Position numbers and translations under genes: made by a program
Notes under the pieces: generated by a model
Database searches by the model: none
The model's input: only the letters and a program-made list of their open reading frames with translations
Told to the model about the DNA's origin: nothing
Shown: piece after piece, positions 62,913 to 64,000 of the stretch
Layout: every line of letters begins with the position of its first letter
Numbering within the stretch: the stretch's first letter is position 1
Source of the DNA: Octopus bimaculoides
Lineage: Eukaryota
Length of the DNA: 64,000 nucleotides
Assembly: GCF_001194135.2 (NCBI RefSeq)
Contig: NC_068981.1
Coordinates: 166,707,549 to 166,771,548, forward strand
Reading direction: 5' to 3'

Positions 62913-63249
62913 CTATTCAGTTATTTTTAAGTTGTAGATTCTATTTGTCATGTCGTCTAAAGACAGTTTTTATTGTGAAGAGATATAATATGAGTGAAAA
63001 AAATGGCTTTATAGCGGTTTTGGCTGCTATTTCTAACATAAGGGTTTTGAAACCCTCTTAGTTATAACTGTGACTTGTTCATAATTATAAACGCTCTATA
63101 TATATAAATATATATAGAGAGAGAGGTAATGTAACCATCTAAGGGATAGATGTATCCATAGGCACTTCTGGTATTACCTCAGTATGTATGGTCTTTGTTA
63201 TAAGGTATACGGTAGTCGATAATTTAAAAGGTAAACCGTGGCTTAATAA

Positions 63250-63714
63250 ATATAAAGACGATAAGAAATGGAGCAATAAACAGTGAGAAGTGGATCGTTG
63301 GTGTTATAAAGTCATTCCTTAATTAAGAAGAGAGTATGTTTACAGCTGTTTCAGTATATCAAGCTGGGGTAAATTTGTATTTACCTCGTTGCAATTGATA
63401 GACATCATCGGAACGACTATATGGCAAAAATAAATAGAAAGAAAACGTGAGGAAGAGAAAGGAAAAAATGTTCGTTAATTCCTTTTTTTCCCCCCTTTCT
63501 CTTCCTCACATTATCTTTCTATTTCCTTCTATTTATTTTTGCCATATAATCGTTCCGATGATGTCTATCAATTGCAAAGAGGTAAATGCAAATTTACCCC
63601 AGCTAGATATACTGAAACAGCTGTGAACATACTCTCTTCTTAATTAAATAATGACTTTATAACACCAACGATCCACTTCTCACTGTTTATTGTTCCATTT
63701 CTTATCGCCTTACT

Positions 63715-63716
<2 letters not shown>
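63250..63716. mobile_element. Foldback/MITE-like palindrome with ~225-bp arms and almost no spacer
   Basis: Left arm matches the reverse complement of the right arm with few mismatches; centre ~63470-63482; followed by (TA)n. Confidence 0.88.
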
Positions 63717-63772
<56 letters not shown>

Positions 63773-64000
63773 CTTTGCTAGGTGAAGAATGTACAACTGA
63801 ATATAAGCTAGCGGTTAGTGACTTCAGGCCTAGGGACAGAAAGATCCAGAGATGCAAGCCAATATGGAAAAGGAGGTTGTAAAAATTCAAGGATCCTTCA
63901 AATGGGCAGATATCTAAAGATGTCCTTAATGAGGCCTTTGATGAGAAGGAGGAAGAGATAGAGATGTAGAGGACAACTGGAAGTTCCTACAGGACAATCT

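Larger units (their letters stand above)
61638..63093. repeat. 547-bp unit array: ~1.3 units in one orientation (61638-62335), then ~1.4 units inverted (62332-63093); pLTR/retrozyme-like
   Basis: ataattagaaagtaatg recurs at 61638 and 62185; the right arm is the reverse complement of the unit. Confidence 0.92.

Noticed and set aside
63395-63590. CCGATGA...AATTGCAA in the foldback arms resembling the family 1 hammerhead
   Set aside because: Core is CCGA rather than CUGA, with no GAAA and no stem II
1-64000. CRISPR arrays, rRNA genes, prokaryotic operons or defence systems
   Set aside because: None seen; the window is intron-containing eukaryotic DNA and the tandem repeats lack unique spacers

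Overview
AT-rich, repeat-dense eukaryotic DNA that looks like octopus (coleoid cephalopod). This is inferred from the (TA)n/(GAT)n microsatellites, the abundant tRNA-derived SINEs and the RTE-clade LINEs. There are two N-gaps. Three spliced genes were reconstructed by hand. (1) The 3' exons of an unidentified plus-strand gene (2885-6177). (2) A complete 7-exon ENTR1/SDCCAG3-like gene on + (20919-35675, 412 aa; 427 aa from an upstream in-frame ATG at 20874). (3) A 10-coding-exon PIGQ/GPI1 gene on - (53715-36628, 555 aa if the tentative first coding exon is right), convergent with ENTR1. The rest is mostly transposon debris: RTE, CR1/L2-like and L1/Tx1-like LINE pieces, mariner, Gypsy pol, a solo LTR, MITEs, Helentron-like elements and a tRNA-Lys pseudogene. 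The most notable observation is two unrelated families of minimal type I hammerhead ribozymes with palindromic stem-III tetraloops, the kind known from Penelope-like elements and retrozymes. One family lies in a 547-bp tandem-plus-inverted array (61638-63093) next to a Penelope-like ORF start. The other is an inverted pair in the last PIGQ intron, with the core-intact copy sense to the PIGQ pre-mRNA. Also notable is a 166-bp perfectly identical inverted repeat in ENTR1 introns 2 and 5 that brackets a frame-preserving 249-nt block of three exons. All alignments were done by eye; no database searches were run.
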